64,000 bases of DNA from Heterodontus francisci. Its lineage: Eukaryota. Shown in pieces: positions 12,471 to 24,400 of this stretch. Under the pieces are notes generated by a model. That model did no database searches. It was not told where the DNA came from and was given only the letters and a program-made list of their open reading frames with translations. The first letter of the stretch is position 1. Every line of letters starts with the position of its first letter. Both the position numbers and the translations under genes were made by a program. Location of the stretch: positions 46,408,430 through 46,472,429 of the forward strand of contig NC_090399.1 in the NCBI RefSeq assembly GCF_036365525.1, in the 5' to 3' direction.

Positions 12471-15400
12471 CACAGTGTGAGTGAGTCAGGGCCAGTTCCC
12501 CAGTGTGAGTGAGTCGGGACCAGTTCCCCAGTGTGAGTGAGTTGGGGTCTGTTCCCCAGTGTGAGTGAGTCGGGGCCTGTTCCTCAGTGTGAGTGAGTCG
12601 GGGCCAGTTCCCCAGTGTGAGTGAGTTGGGGTCTGTTCCCCAGTGTGAGTGAGTCGGGGTCTGTTCCCCAGTGTGTGTGTGTCTGGACCAGTTCCCCAGT
12701 GTGAGTGAGTTGGGGTCTGTTCCCCAGTGTGAGTGAGTCGGGGCCTGTTCCCCAGTGTGCGTGTGTCTGGACCAGTTCCCCAGTGTGAGTGAGTTGGGGT
12801 CTGTTCCCCAGTGTGAGTGAGTCGGGATCTGTTCCCCAGTGTCAGTGAGTCGGGGTCTGTTCCCCTGTGTGAGTGAGTTGGGGTCTGTTCCCCAGTGTGT
12901 GTGAGTCGGGGTCTGTTCCCCAGTGTGAGTGAGTTGGGGTCTGTTCCCCAGTGTGAGTGAGTCGTGGCCAGTTCCCCAGTGTGAGTGAGTTGGGGTCTGT
13001 TCCCCAGTGTGAGTGAGTTGGGGTCTGTTCCCCAGTGTGAGTGAGTCGGGGTCAGTTCCGCAGTGAGAGTGAGTCGGGATTTGTTCCCCAGTGTGAGTGA
13101 GTCGTGGCCAGTTCCCCAGTGTGAGTGAGTCGGGGCCTGTTCCCCAGTGTGAGTGAGTTGGGGTCTGTTCCCCAGTGTGAGTGAGTCGGGGTCTGTTCCC
13201 CAGTGTCAGTGAGTTGGGGTCTGTTCCTCAGTGTGAGTGAGTCGGTGTCTGTTCCCCAGTGTGAGTGAGTCGGATCCTGTTCCCCAGTGTGAGAGAGTCA
13301 GGGTCTGTTCCTCATTGTGAGTGAGTCGGGGTCTGTTCCCCAGTGTGAGTGAATCGGGGTCTGTTCCCCAGTGTGTGAGTCGGGGCCTGTTCCCCAGTGT
13401 GAGTGAGTTGGGGTCTGTTCCCCAGTGTGAGTGAGTCGGATCCAGTTCCCCAGTGTGAGTGAGTCGGGGTCTGTTCCCCAGTGTGAGTGAGTCGGGGTCT
13501 GTTCCCCAGTGTGTGTGAGTCGCGGTCTGTTCCCCAGTGTGAGTGAGTCGGGGTCTGTTCACCAGTGTGAGTGAGTCGGGGTCTGTTCCCCAGTGTGAGT
13601 GAGTCGGACCCTGTTCCCCAGTTTGGGCGAGTTGGGATCTGTTCCCCAGTGTGAGTGAGTTGGGGTCTGTTCCCCAGTGAGAGTGAGTCGGGGTCTGTTC
13701 CCCAGTGAGAGTGAGTCGGGGCCAGTTCCCCAGTGTGAGTGAGTCGGGGCCTGTTCCCCAGTGTGAGAGAGTCGGGGTCTGTTCCTCAGTGTGAGTGAGT
13801 CGGGACCAGTTCCCCAGTGTGAGTGAGTCGGGGTCTGTTCCCCAGTGTGAGTGAGTCGGGGCCTGTTCCTCAGTGTGAGTGAGTCGGGACCAGTTCCCCA
13901 GTGTGAGTGAGTTGGGGTCTGTTCCCCAGTGTGAGTGAGTCGGGGTCTGTTCCCCAGTGTGAGTGAGTTGGGGCCTGTTCCTCAGTGTGAGTGAGTCGGG
14001 ACCAGTTCCCCAGTGTGAGTGAGTTGGGGTCTGTTCCCCAGTGTGAGTGAGTCGGGGTCTGTTCCCCAGTGTGAGTGAGTCGGGGTCTGTTCCCCAGTGT
14101 CAGTGAGTCGGGGTCTGTTCCCCACTGTGAGTGAGTCGGATCCTGTTCCCCAGTGTGAGAGAGTCAGGGTCTGTTCCTCATTGTGAGTGAGTCGGGGTCT
14201 GTTCCCCAGTGTGAGTGAATCGGGGTCTGTTCCCCAGTGTGTGAGTCGGGGCCTGTTCCCCAGTGTGAGTGAGTTGGGGTCTGTTCCCCAGTGTGAGTGA
14301 GTCGGATCCAGTTCCCCAGTGTGAGTGAGTCGGGGTATGTTCCCCAGTGTGAGTGAGTCGGGGTCTGTTCCCCAGTGTGTGTGAGTCGCGGTCTGTTCCC
14401 CAGTGTGAGTGAGTCGGGGTCTGTTCACCAGTGTGAGTGAGTCGGGGTCTGCTCCCCAGTGTGAGTGAGTCGGGGTCTGTTCCCCAGTGTCAGTGAGTTG
14501 GGGTCTGTTCCTCAGTGTGAGTGAGTCGGGGTCTGTTCCCCACTGTGAGTGAGTCGGATCCTGTTCCCCAGTGTGAGAGAGTCAGGGTCTGTTCCTCATT
14601 GTGAGTGAGTCGGGGTCTGTTCCCCAGTGTGAGTGAATCGGGGTCTGTTCCCCAGTGTGTGAGTCGGGGCCTGTTCCCCAGTGTGAGTGAGTTGGGGTCT
14701 GTTCCCCAGTGTGAGTGAGTCGGATCCAGTTCCCCAGTGTGAGTGAGTCGGGGTCTGTTCCCCAGTGTGAGTGAGTCGGGGTCTGTTCCCCAGTGTGTGT
14801 GAGTCGCGGTCTGTTCCCCAGTGTGAGTGAGTCGGGGTCTGTTCACCAGTGTGAGTGAGTCGGGGTCTGTTCCCCAGTGTGAGTGAGTCGGACCCTGTTC
14901 CCCAGTTTGGGCGAGTTGGGATCTGTTCCCCAGTGTGAGTGAGTCGGGGTCTGTTCCCCAGTGTGAGTGAGTCGGGGTCAGTTCCGCAGTGAGAGTGAGT
15001 CGGGATTTGTTCCCCAGTGTGAGTGAGTCGGGGCCAGTTCCCCAGTGTGAGTGAGTCGGGGCCTGTTCCCCAGTGTGAGTGAGTCGGGGCCTGTTCCTCA
15101 GTGTGAGTGAGTCGGGACCAGTTCCCCAGTGTGAGTGAGTTGGGGTCTGTTCCCCAGTGTGAGTGAGTCGGACCCTGTTCCCCAGTGTGAGTGAGTCGGG
15201 GTCTGTTCCCCAGTGTGAGTGAGTCGGGGCCTGTTCCTCAGTGTGAGTGAGTCGGGGCCAGTTCCCCAGTGTGAGTGAGTTGGGGTCTGTTCCCCAGTGT
15301 GAGTGTGTCTGGACCAGTTCCCCAGTGTGAGTGAGTTGGGGTCTGTTCCCCAGTGTGAGTGTGTCTGGACCAGTTGCCCAGTGTGAGTGAGTTGGGGTCT

Positions 15401-18400
15401 GTTCCCCAGTGTGAGTGAGTCGGGGCCTGTTCCCCAGTGTGCGTGTGTCTGGACCAGTTCCCCAGTGTGAGTGAGTTGGGGTCTGTTCCCCAGTGTGAGT
15501 GAGTCGGGGTCTGTTCCCCAGTGTCAGTGAGTCGGGGTCTGTTCCCCAGTGTCAGTGAGTCGGGGTCTGTTCCCCTGTGTGAGTGAGTCGGACTCTGTTC
15601 CCCAGTTTGGGCGAGTTGGGATCTGTTCCCCAGTGTGAGTGAGTTGGGGTCTGTTCCCCAGTGTGAGTGAGTCGGGGTCTGTTCCCCAGTGAGAGTGAGT
15701 CGGGATTTGTTCCCCAGTGTGAGTGAGTCGGGGCCAGTTCCCCAGTGTGAGTGAGTCGGGGCCAGTTCCCCAGTGTGAGTGAGTCGGGGCCTGTTCCCCA
15801 GTGTGAGTGAGTCGGGGCCTGTTCCTCAGTGTGAGTGAGTCGGGACCAGTTCCCCAGTGTGAGTGAGTTGGGGTCTGTTCCCCAGTGTGAGTGAGTCGGG
15901 GCCTGTTCCTCAGTGTGAGTGAGTCGGGGTCTGTTCCCCAGTGTGCGTGTGTCTGGACCAGTTCCCCAGTGTGAGTGAGTTGGGGTCTGTTCCCCAGTGT
16001 GAGTGAGTCGGGGTCTGTTCCCCAGTGTCAGTGAGTCGGGGTCTGTTCCCCTGTGTGAGTGAGTTGGGGTCTGTTCCCCAGTGTGTGTGAGTCGGGGTCT
16101 GTTCCCCAGTGTCAGTGAGTCGGGGTCTGTTCCCCAGTGTGTGTGAGTCGGGGTCTGTTCCCCAGTGTCAGTGAGTTGGGGTCTGTTCCCCAGTGTGAGT
16201 GAGTCGGGGTCTGTTCCCCAGTGTGAGTGAGTCATGGCCAGTTCCCCAGTGTCAGTGAGTTGGGGTCTGTTCCCCAGTGTGAGTGAGTTGGGGTCTGTTC
16301 CCCAGTGTGAGTGAGTTGGGGTCTGTTCCCCAGTGTGAGTGAGTCGGGGTCTGTTCCCCAATGTCAGTGAGTCGGGGCCTGTTCCTCAGTGTGAGTGAGT
16401 CGGGGTCTGTTCCCCAGTGTGAGTGAGTCGGATCCTGTTCCCCAGTGTGAGAGAGTCAGGGTCTGTTCCTCATTGTGAGTGAGTCGGGGTCTGTTCCCCA
16501 GTGTGAGTGAAATGGGGTCTGTTGTTCAGTGTGAGTGAGTCGGGGTCTGTTCCCCAGTGTGTGAGTCGGATCCTGTTCCCCAGTGTGAGTGAGTCGCGGT
16601 CTGTTCCCCAGTGTGAGTGAGTCGGGGTCTGTTCCCCAGTGTGAGTCAGTCGGGGTCTGTTCCCCAGTGAGAGTGAGTCGGGGCCAGTTCCCCAGTATGA
16701 GTGAGTCGGGGTCTGTTCCCCAGTGTGAGAGAGTCGGGGCCTGTTCCTCAGTTTGAGTGAGTCGGGACCAGTTCCCCAGTGTGAGTGAGCTGGGGCCTGT
16801 TCCTCAGTGTGAGTGAGTCGGGACCAGTTCCCCAGTGTGAGTGAGTCGGGGCCTGTTCCTCAGTGTGAGTGAGTCGGGACCAGTTCCCCAGTGTGAGTGA
16901 GTTGGGGTCTGTTCCCCAGTGTGAGTGAGTCGGGGTCTGTTCCCCAGTGTGAGTGAGTCGGGGTCTGTTCCCCAGTGTCAGTGAGTTGGGGTCTGTTCCT
17001 CAGTGTGAGTGAGTCGGGGTCTGTTCCCCACTGTGAGTGAGTCGGATCCTGTTCCCCAGTGTGAGAGAGTCAGGGTCTGTTCCTCATTGTGAGTGAGTCG
17101 GGGTCTGTTCCCCAGTGTGAGTGAATCGGGGTCTGTTCCCCAGTGTGTGAGTCGGGGCCTGTTCCCCAGTGTGAGTGAGTTGGGGTCTGTTCCCCAGTGT
17201 GAGTGAGTCGGATCCAGTTCCCCAGTGTGAGTGAGTCGGGGTCTGTTCCCCAGTGTGAGTGAGTCGGGGTCTGTTCCCCAGTGTGTGTGAGTCGCGGTCT
17301 GTTCCCCAGTGTGAGTGAGTCGGGGTCTGTTCACCAGTGTGAGTGAGTCGGGGTCTGTTCCCCAGTGTGTGAGTCGGACCCTGTTCCCCAGTTTGGGCGA
17401 GTTGGGGTCTGTTCCCCAGTGTGAGTGAGTCGGGGCCAGTTCCCCAGTGTGAGTGAGTCGGGGCCTGTTCCCCAGTGTGAGTGAGTCGGGGCCTGTTCCT
17501 CAGTGTGAGTGAGTCGGGACCAGTTCCCCAGTGTGAGTGAGTTGGGGTCTGTTCCCCAGTGTGAGTGAGTCGGACCCTGTTCCCCAGTGTGAGTGAGTTG
17601 GGGTCTGTTCCCCAGTGTGAGTGAGTCGGGGCCTGTTCCTCAGTGTGAGTGAGTCGGGGCCTGTTCCTCAGTGTGAGTGAGTCGGGGCCAGTTCCCCAGT
17701 GTGAGTGAGTTGGGGTCTGTTCCCCAGTGTGAGTGTGTCTGGACCAGTTCCCCAGTGTGAGTGAGTTGGGGTCTGTTCCCCAGTGTGAGTGTGTCTGGAC
17801 CAGTTGCCCAGTGTGAGTGAGTTGGGGTCTGTTCCCCAGTGTGAGTGAGTCGGGGCCTGTTCCCCAGTGTGCGTGTGTCTGGACCAGTTCCCCAGTGTGA
17901 GTGAGTTGGGGTCTGTTCCCCAGTGTGAGTGAGTCGGGGTCTGTTCCCCAGTGTCAGTGAGTCGGGGTCTGTTCCCCAGTGTCAGTGAGTCGGGGTCTGT
18001 TCCCCTGTGTGAGTGAGTCGGACCCTGTTCCCCAGTGTGCGTGTGTCTGGACCAGTTCCCCAGTGTGAGTGAGTTGGGATCTGTTCCCCAGTGTGAGTGA
18101 GTTGGGGTCTGTTCCCCAGTGTGAGTGAGTCGGGGTCTGTTCCCCAGTGAGAGTGAGTCGGGATTTGTTCCCCAGTGTGAGTGAGTCGGGGCCAGTTCCC
18201 CAGTGTGAGTGAGTCGGGGCCTGTTCCCCAGTGTGAGTGAGTCGGGGCCTGTTCCTCAGTGTGAGTGAGTCGGGACCAGTTCCCCAGTGTGAGTGAGTTG
18301 GGGTCTGTTCCCCAGTGTGAGTGAGTCGGGGCCTGTTCCTCAGTGTGAGTGAGTCGGGGTCTGTTCCCCAGTGTGCGTGTGTCTGGACCAGTTCCCCAGT

Positions 18401-21400
18401 GTGAGTGAGTTGGGGTCTGTTCCCCAGTGTGAGTGAGTCGGGGCCTGTTCCCCAGTGTGCGTGTGTCTGGACCAGTTCCCCAGTGTGAGTGAGTTGGGGT
18501 CTGTTCCCCAGTGTGAGTGAGTCGGGGTCTGTTCCCCAGTGTCAGTGAGTCGGGGTCTGTTCCCCTGTGTGAGTGAGTTGGGGTCTGTTCCCCAGTGTGT
18601 GTGAGTCGGGGTCTGTTCCCCAGTGTCAGTGAGTTGGGGTCTGTTCCCCAGTGTGTGTGAGTCGGGGTCTGTTCCCCAGTGTCAGTGAGTTGGGGTCTGT
18701 TCCCCAGTGTGAGTGAGTTGGGGTCTGTTCCCCAGTGTGAGTGAGTCATGGCCAGTTCCCCAGTGTCAGTGAGTTGGGGTCTGTTCCCCAGTGTGAGTGA
18801 GTTGGGGTCTGTTCCCCAGTGTGAGTGAGTCGGGGTCTGTTCCCCAGTGTCAGTGAGTTGGGGCCTGTTCCTCAGTGTGAGTGAGTCGGGGTCTGTTCCC
18901 CAGTGTGAGTGATTCGGATCCTGTTCCCCAGTGTGAGAGAGTCAGGGTCTGTTCCTCATTGTGAGTGAGTCGGGGTCTGTTCCCCAGTGTGAGTGAATCG
19001 GGGTCTGTTGTTCAGTGTGAGTGAGTCGGGGTCTGTTCCCCAGTGTGTGAGTCGGGGCCTGTTTCCCAGTGTGAGTGAGTTGGGGTCTGTTCCCCAGTGT
19101 GAGTGAGTCGGATCCTGTTCCCCAGTGTGAGTGAGTCGGGGTCTGTTCCCCAGTGTGAGTGAGTCGGGGTCTGTTCCCCAGTGTGTGTGAGTCGCGGTCT
19201 GTTCCCCAGTGTGAGTGACTCGGGGTCTGTTCCCCAGTGTGAGTCAGTTGGGGTCTGTTCCCCAGTGTGAGTGAGTCGTGGCCAGTTCCCCAGTGTCAGT
19301 GAGTTGGGGTCTGTTCCCCAGTGTGAGTGAGTCGGGGTCTGTTCCCCAGTGTCAGTGAGTTGGGGTCTGTTCCTCAGTGTGAGTGAGTCGGGGTCTGTTC
19401 CCCAGTGTGAGTGAGTCGGATCCTGTTCCCCAGTGTGAGAGAGTCAGGGTCTGTTCCTCATTGTGAGTCAGTCGGAGTCTGTTCCCCAGTGTGAGTGAGT
19501 CGGGGTCTGTTCCCCAGTCTGAGTGAGTTGCGGTCTGTACCCCAGTGTGAGTGAGTCGCGGTCTCTTCCCCAGTGTGAGTGAGTCGGGGCCAGTTCCAAA
19601 GTGTGAGTGAGTTGGGGCCTGTTCCCCAGTGTGAGTGAGTCGGGGTCTGTTCCCCAGTGTGAGTGAGTCGGGTCTCTTCCCCAGTGTGAGTGAGTGGGAT
19701 CCTGTTCCCCAGTGTGAGTGAGTCGGATCCTGTTCCCCAATGTGTGAGTCGGGGTCTGTTCCCCAATGTGGGTGAGTCGGATCCAAGACTCCAGTGTGAG
19801 TGGGTTGGGGTCTGTTCCTCAGTGTGAGTGAGTCGGGGTCTGTTCCCCAATGTGAGTGAGTCGGGGTCTGTTCCCCAGTGTAAGTGAGTCGGGGCCAGTT
19901 CCCCAGTGTGAGTGAGTCGGGGTCTGTTCCCCAGTGTGAGTGAGTCGGGGCCAGTTCCCCAGTGTGAGTGAGTCGGGGTCTGTTCCCCAATGTGAGTGAG
20001 TCGGGGTCTGTTCCTCAGTGTGAGTGACTCGGATCCTGTTCCCCAATGTGAGTGAATCGGGGTCTGTTCCCCAGTCTGAGTGAGTCGGGGCCTGTTCCTC
20101 AATGTGCGTGAGTCGGATCCAAGACTCCAGTGTCAGTGAGTTGGGGTCTGTTCCCCAGTGTGAGTGAGTCAGATCCTGTTCCCCAGTGTGAGTGAGTCGG
20201 GGTCTGTTCCCCAGTGTGTGAGTCGGGGCCAGTTCCCCAGTGTGAGTGAGTCGGGGTCTGTTCCCCAGTGTGAGTGAGTCGGATCCTTGTCCCCAGTGTG
20301 AGTGAGAAGGGGTCTGTTCCCCAGTGTGTGAGTCGGGGCCTGTTCCCCAGTGTGAATGAGTTGGGGTCTGTTCCCCAGTGTGAGTGAATTGGGGCCTGTT
20401 CCCCAGTGTGAGTGAGTCGGGGCCAGTTCCCCAGTGTGAGTGAGTCGGGGTCTGTTCCCCAGTGTGAGTGAGTCGGATCCTTGTCCCCAGTGTGAGTGAG
20501 AAGGGGTCTGTTCCCCAGTGTGTGAGTCGGGGCGTGTTCCCCAGTGTGAATGAGTTGGGGTCTGTTCCCCAGTGTGAGTGAATTGGGGCCTGTTCCCCAG
20601 TGTGAGTGAGTCGGGTTCTGTTCCCCAGTGTGAGTGAGTCGGGGTCTATTCCCCAGTGTGAGTGAGTCAGATCCTGTTCCCCAGTGTGAGTGAGTCGGGG
20701 TCTGTTCCCCAGTGTGAGTGAGTCGGGGCCAGTTCCCCAGTGTGAGTGAGTCGGGGTCTGTTCCCCAGTGTGAGTGAGTCGGGGTCTGTTCCCCAGTGTG
20801 AGTGAGTCGGGGCCAGTTCCCCAGTGTGAGTGAGTCGGGGTCTGTTCCCCAATGTGAGTGGGTCGGGGTCTGTTCCCCAGTGTGAGTGAGTCGGGTCTCT
20901 TCCCCTGTGTGAGTGAGTGGGATCCTGTTCCCCAGTGTGAGTGAGTCGGGGTCTGTTCCTCAGTGTGAGTGAGTCGGATCCTTGTCCCCAGTGTGAGTGA
21001 GAAGGGGTCTGTTCCCCAGTGTGTGAGTCGGGGCCTGTTCCCCAGTGTGAATGAGTTGGGGTCTGTTCCCCAGTGTGAGTGAATTGGGGCCTGTTCCCCA
21101 GTGTGAGTGAGTCGGGTTCTGTTCCCCAGTGTGCGTGAGTCGGGGTCCGTTCCCCAGTGCGAGTTAGTCGCGACCCGTTCCCCAGCGTGTGTGTGTCGGG
21201 GTCGGTTCCCCAGTGTGAGTGAGTCGGTGTCTATTCCCCAATGTGAGTGAGTCAGATCCTTGAATCCAGTGTGAGTGAGTCCGGTTCTGTTCCCCAGAGT
21301 GATTTCGTCGGCGTCTTTTTGGTGGTGTGAGTGAGTCGGTGTCTGTTCCCCAGTGTGAGTGAGTCGGGGTCTGTTCCCCAGTGTGAGTGAGTCGGTGTCT

Positions 21401-24400
21401 GTTCCCCAGTGTGAGTGAGTCGGATCCAGTTCCCCAGTGTGAGTGAGTCGGGGTCTGTTCCCCAGTGTGAGTGAGTCGGGGTCTGTTCCCCAGTGTGTGT
21501 GAGTCGCGGTCTGTTCCCCAGTGTGAGTGAGTCGGGGACTGTTCACCAGTGTGAGTGAGTCGGGGTCTGTTCCCCAGTGTGAGTGAGTCGGACCCTGTTC
21601 CCCAGTTTGGGCGAGTTGGGGTCTGTTCCCCAGTGTGAGTGAGTCGGGGCCAGTTCCCCAGTGTGAGTGAGTCGGGGCCTGTTCCCCAGTGTGAGTGAGT
21701 CGGGGCCTGTTCCTCAGTGTGAGTGAGTCGGGACCAGTTCCCCAGTGTGAGTGAGTTGGGGTCTGTTCCCCAGTGTGAGTGAGTCGGACCCTGTTCCCCA
21801 GTGTGAGTGAGTTGGGGTCTGTTCCCCAGTGTGTGAGTCGGGGCCTGTTCCTCAGTGTGAGTGAGTCGGGGCCAGTTCCCCAGTGTGAGTGAGTTGGGGT
21901 CTGTTCCCCAGTGTGAGTGTGTCTGGACCAGTTCCCCAGTGTGAGTGAGTTGGGGTCTGTTCCCCAGTGTGAGTGTGTCTGGACCAGTTGCCCAGTGTGA
22001 GTGAGTTGCGGTCTGTTCCCCAGTGTGAGTGAGTCGGGGCCTGTTCCCCAGTGTGCGTGTGTCTGGACCAGTTCCCCAGTGTGAGTGAGTTGGGGTCTGT
22101 TCCCCAGTGTGAGTGAGTCGGGGTCTGTTCCCCAGTGTCAGTGAGTCGGGGTCTGTTCCCCTGTGTGAGTGAGTCGGACCCTGTTCCCCAGTTTGGGCGA
22201 GTTGGGATCTGTTCCCCTGTGTGAGTGAGTTGGGGTCTGTTCCCCAGTGTGTGTGAGTCGGGGTCTGTTCCCCAGTGTCAGTGAGTTGGGGTCTGTTCCC
22301 CAGTGTGTGTGAGTCGGGGTCTGTTCCCCAGTTTCAGTGAGTTGGGGTCTGTTCCCCAGTGTGAGTGAGTTGGGGTCTGTTCCCCAGTGTGAGTGAGTCA
22401 TGGCCAGTTCCCCAGTGTCAGTGAGTTGGGGTCTGTTCCCCAGTGTGAGTGAGTTGGGGTCTGTTCCCCAGTGTGAGTGAGTCGGGGTCTGTTCCCCAGT
22501 GTCAGTGAGTTGGGGCCTGTTCCTCAGTGTGAGTGAGTCGGATCCTGTTCCCCAGTGTGAGAGAGTCAGGGTCTGTTCCTCATTGTGAGTGAGTCGGGGT
22601 CTGTTCCCCAGTGTGAGTGAATCGGGGTCTGTTGTTCAGTGTGAGTGAGTCGGGGTCTGTTCCCCAGTGTGTGAGTCGGGGCCTGTTTCCCAGTGTGAGT
22701 GAGTTGGGGTCTGTTCCCCAGTGTGAGTGAGTCGGATCCTGTTCCCCAGTGTGAGTGAGTCGGTGTCTATTCCCCAATGTGAGTGAGTCAGATCCTTGAA
22801 TCCAGTGTGAGTGAGTCCGGTTCTGTTCCCCAGAGTGATTTCGTCGGCGTCTTTTTGGTGGTGTGAGTGAGTCGGTGTCTGTTCCCCAGTGTGAGTGAGT
22901 CGGGGTCTGTTCCCCAGTGTGAGTGAGTCGGTGTCTGTTCCCCAGTGTGAGTGAGTCGGATCCAGTTCCCCAGTGTGAGTGAGTCGGGGTCTGTTCCCCA
23001 GTGTGAGTGAGTCGGGGTCTGTTCCCCAGTGTGTGTGAGTCGCGGTCTGTTCCCCAGTGTGAGTGAGTCGGGGACTGTTCACCAGTGTGAGTGAGTCGGG
23101 GTCTGTTCCCCAGTGTGAGTGAGTCGGACCCTGTTCCCCAGTTTGGGCGAGTTGGGGTCTGTTCCCCAGTGTGAGTGAGTCGGGGCCAGTTCCCCAGTGT
23201 GAGTGAGTCGGGGCCTGTTCCCCAGTGTGAGTGAGTCGGGGCCTGTTCCTCAGTGTGAGTGAGTCGGGACCAGTTCCCCAGTGTGAGTGAGTTGGGGTCT
23301 GTTCCCCAGTGTGAGTGAGTCGGACCCTGTTCCCCAGTGTGAGTGAGTTGGGGTCTGTTCCCCAGTGTGTGAGTCGGGGCCTGTTCCTCAGTGTGAGTGA
23401 GTCGGGGCCAGTTCCCCAGTGTGAGTGAGTTGGGGTCTGTTCCCCAGTGTGAGTGTGTCTGGACCAGTTCCCCAGTGTGAGTGAGTTGGGGTCTGTTCCC
23501 CAGTGTGAGTGTGTCTGGACCAGTTGCCCAGTGTGAGTGAGTTGCGGTCTGTTCCCCAGTGTGAGTGAGTCGGGGCCTGTTCCCCAGTGTGCGTGTGTCT
23601 GGACCAGTTCCCCAGTGTGAGTGAGTTGGGGTCTGTTCCCCAGTGTGAGTGAGTCGGGGTCTGTTCCCCAGTGTCAGTGAGTCGGGGTCTGTTCCCCTGT
23701 GTGAGTGAGTCGGACCCTGTTCCCCAGTTTGGGCGAGTTGGGATCTGTTCCCCTGTGTGAGTGAGTTGGGGTCTGTTCCCCAGTGTGTGTGAGTCGGGGT
23801 CTGTTCCCCAGTGTCAGTGAGTTGGGGTCTGTTCCCCAGTGTGTGTGAGTCGGGGTCTGTTCCCCAGTTTCAGTGAGTTGGGGTCTGTTCCCCAGTGTGA
23901 GTGAGTTGGGGTCTGTTCCCCAGTGTGAGTGAGTCATGGCCAGTTCCCCAGTGTCAGTGAGTTGGGGTCTGTTCCCCAGTGTGAGTGAGTTGGGGTCTGT
24001 TCCCCAGTGTGAGTGAGTCGGGGTCTGTTCCCCAGTGTCAGTGAGTTGGGGCCTGTTCCTCAGTGTGAGTGAGTCGGATCCTGTTCCCCAGTGTGAGAGA
24101 GTCAGGGTCTGTTCCTCATTGTGAGTGAGTCGGGGTCTGTTCCCCAGTGTGAGTGAATCGGGGTCTGTTGTTCAGTGTGAGTGAGTCGGGGTCTGTTCCC
24201 CAGTGTGTGAGTCGGGGCCTGTTTCCCAGTGTGAGTGAGTTGGGGTCTGTTCCCCAGTGTGAGTGAGTCGGATCCTGTTCCCCAGTGTGAGTGAGTCGGG
24301 GTCTGTTCCCCAGTGTGAGTGAGTCGGGGTCTTTTCCCCAGTGTGTGTGAGTCGCGGTCTGTTCCCCAGTGTGAGTGACTCGGGGTCTGTTCCCCAGTGT

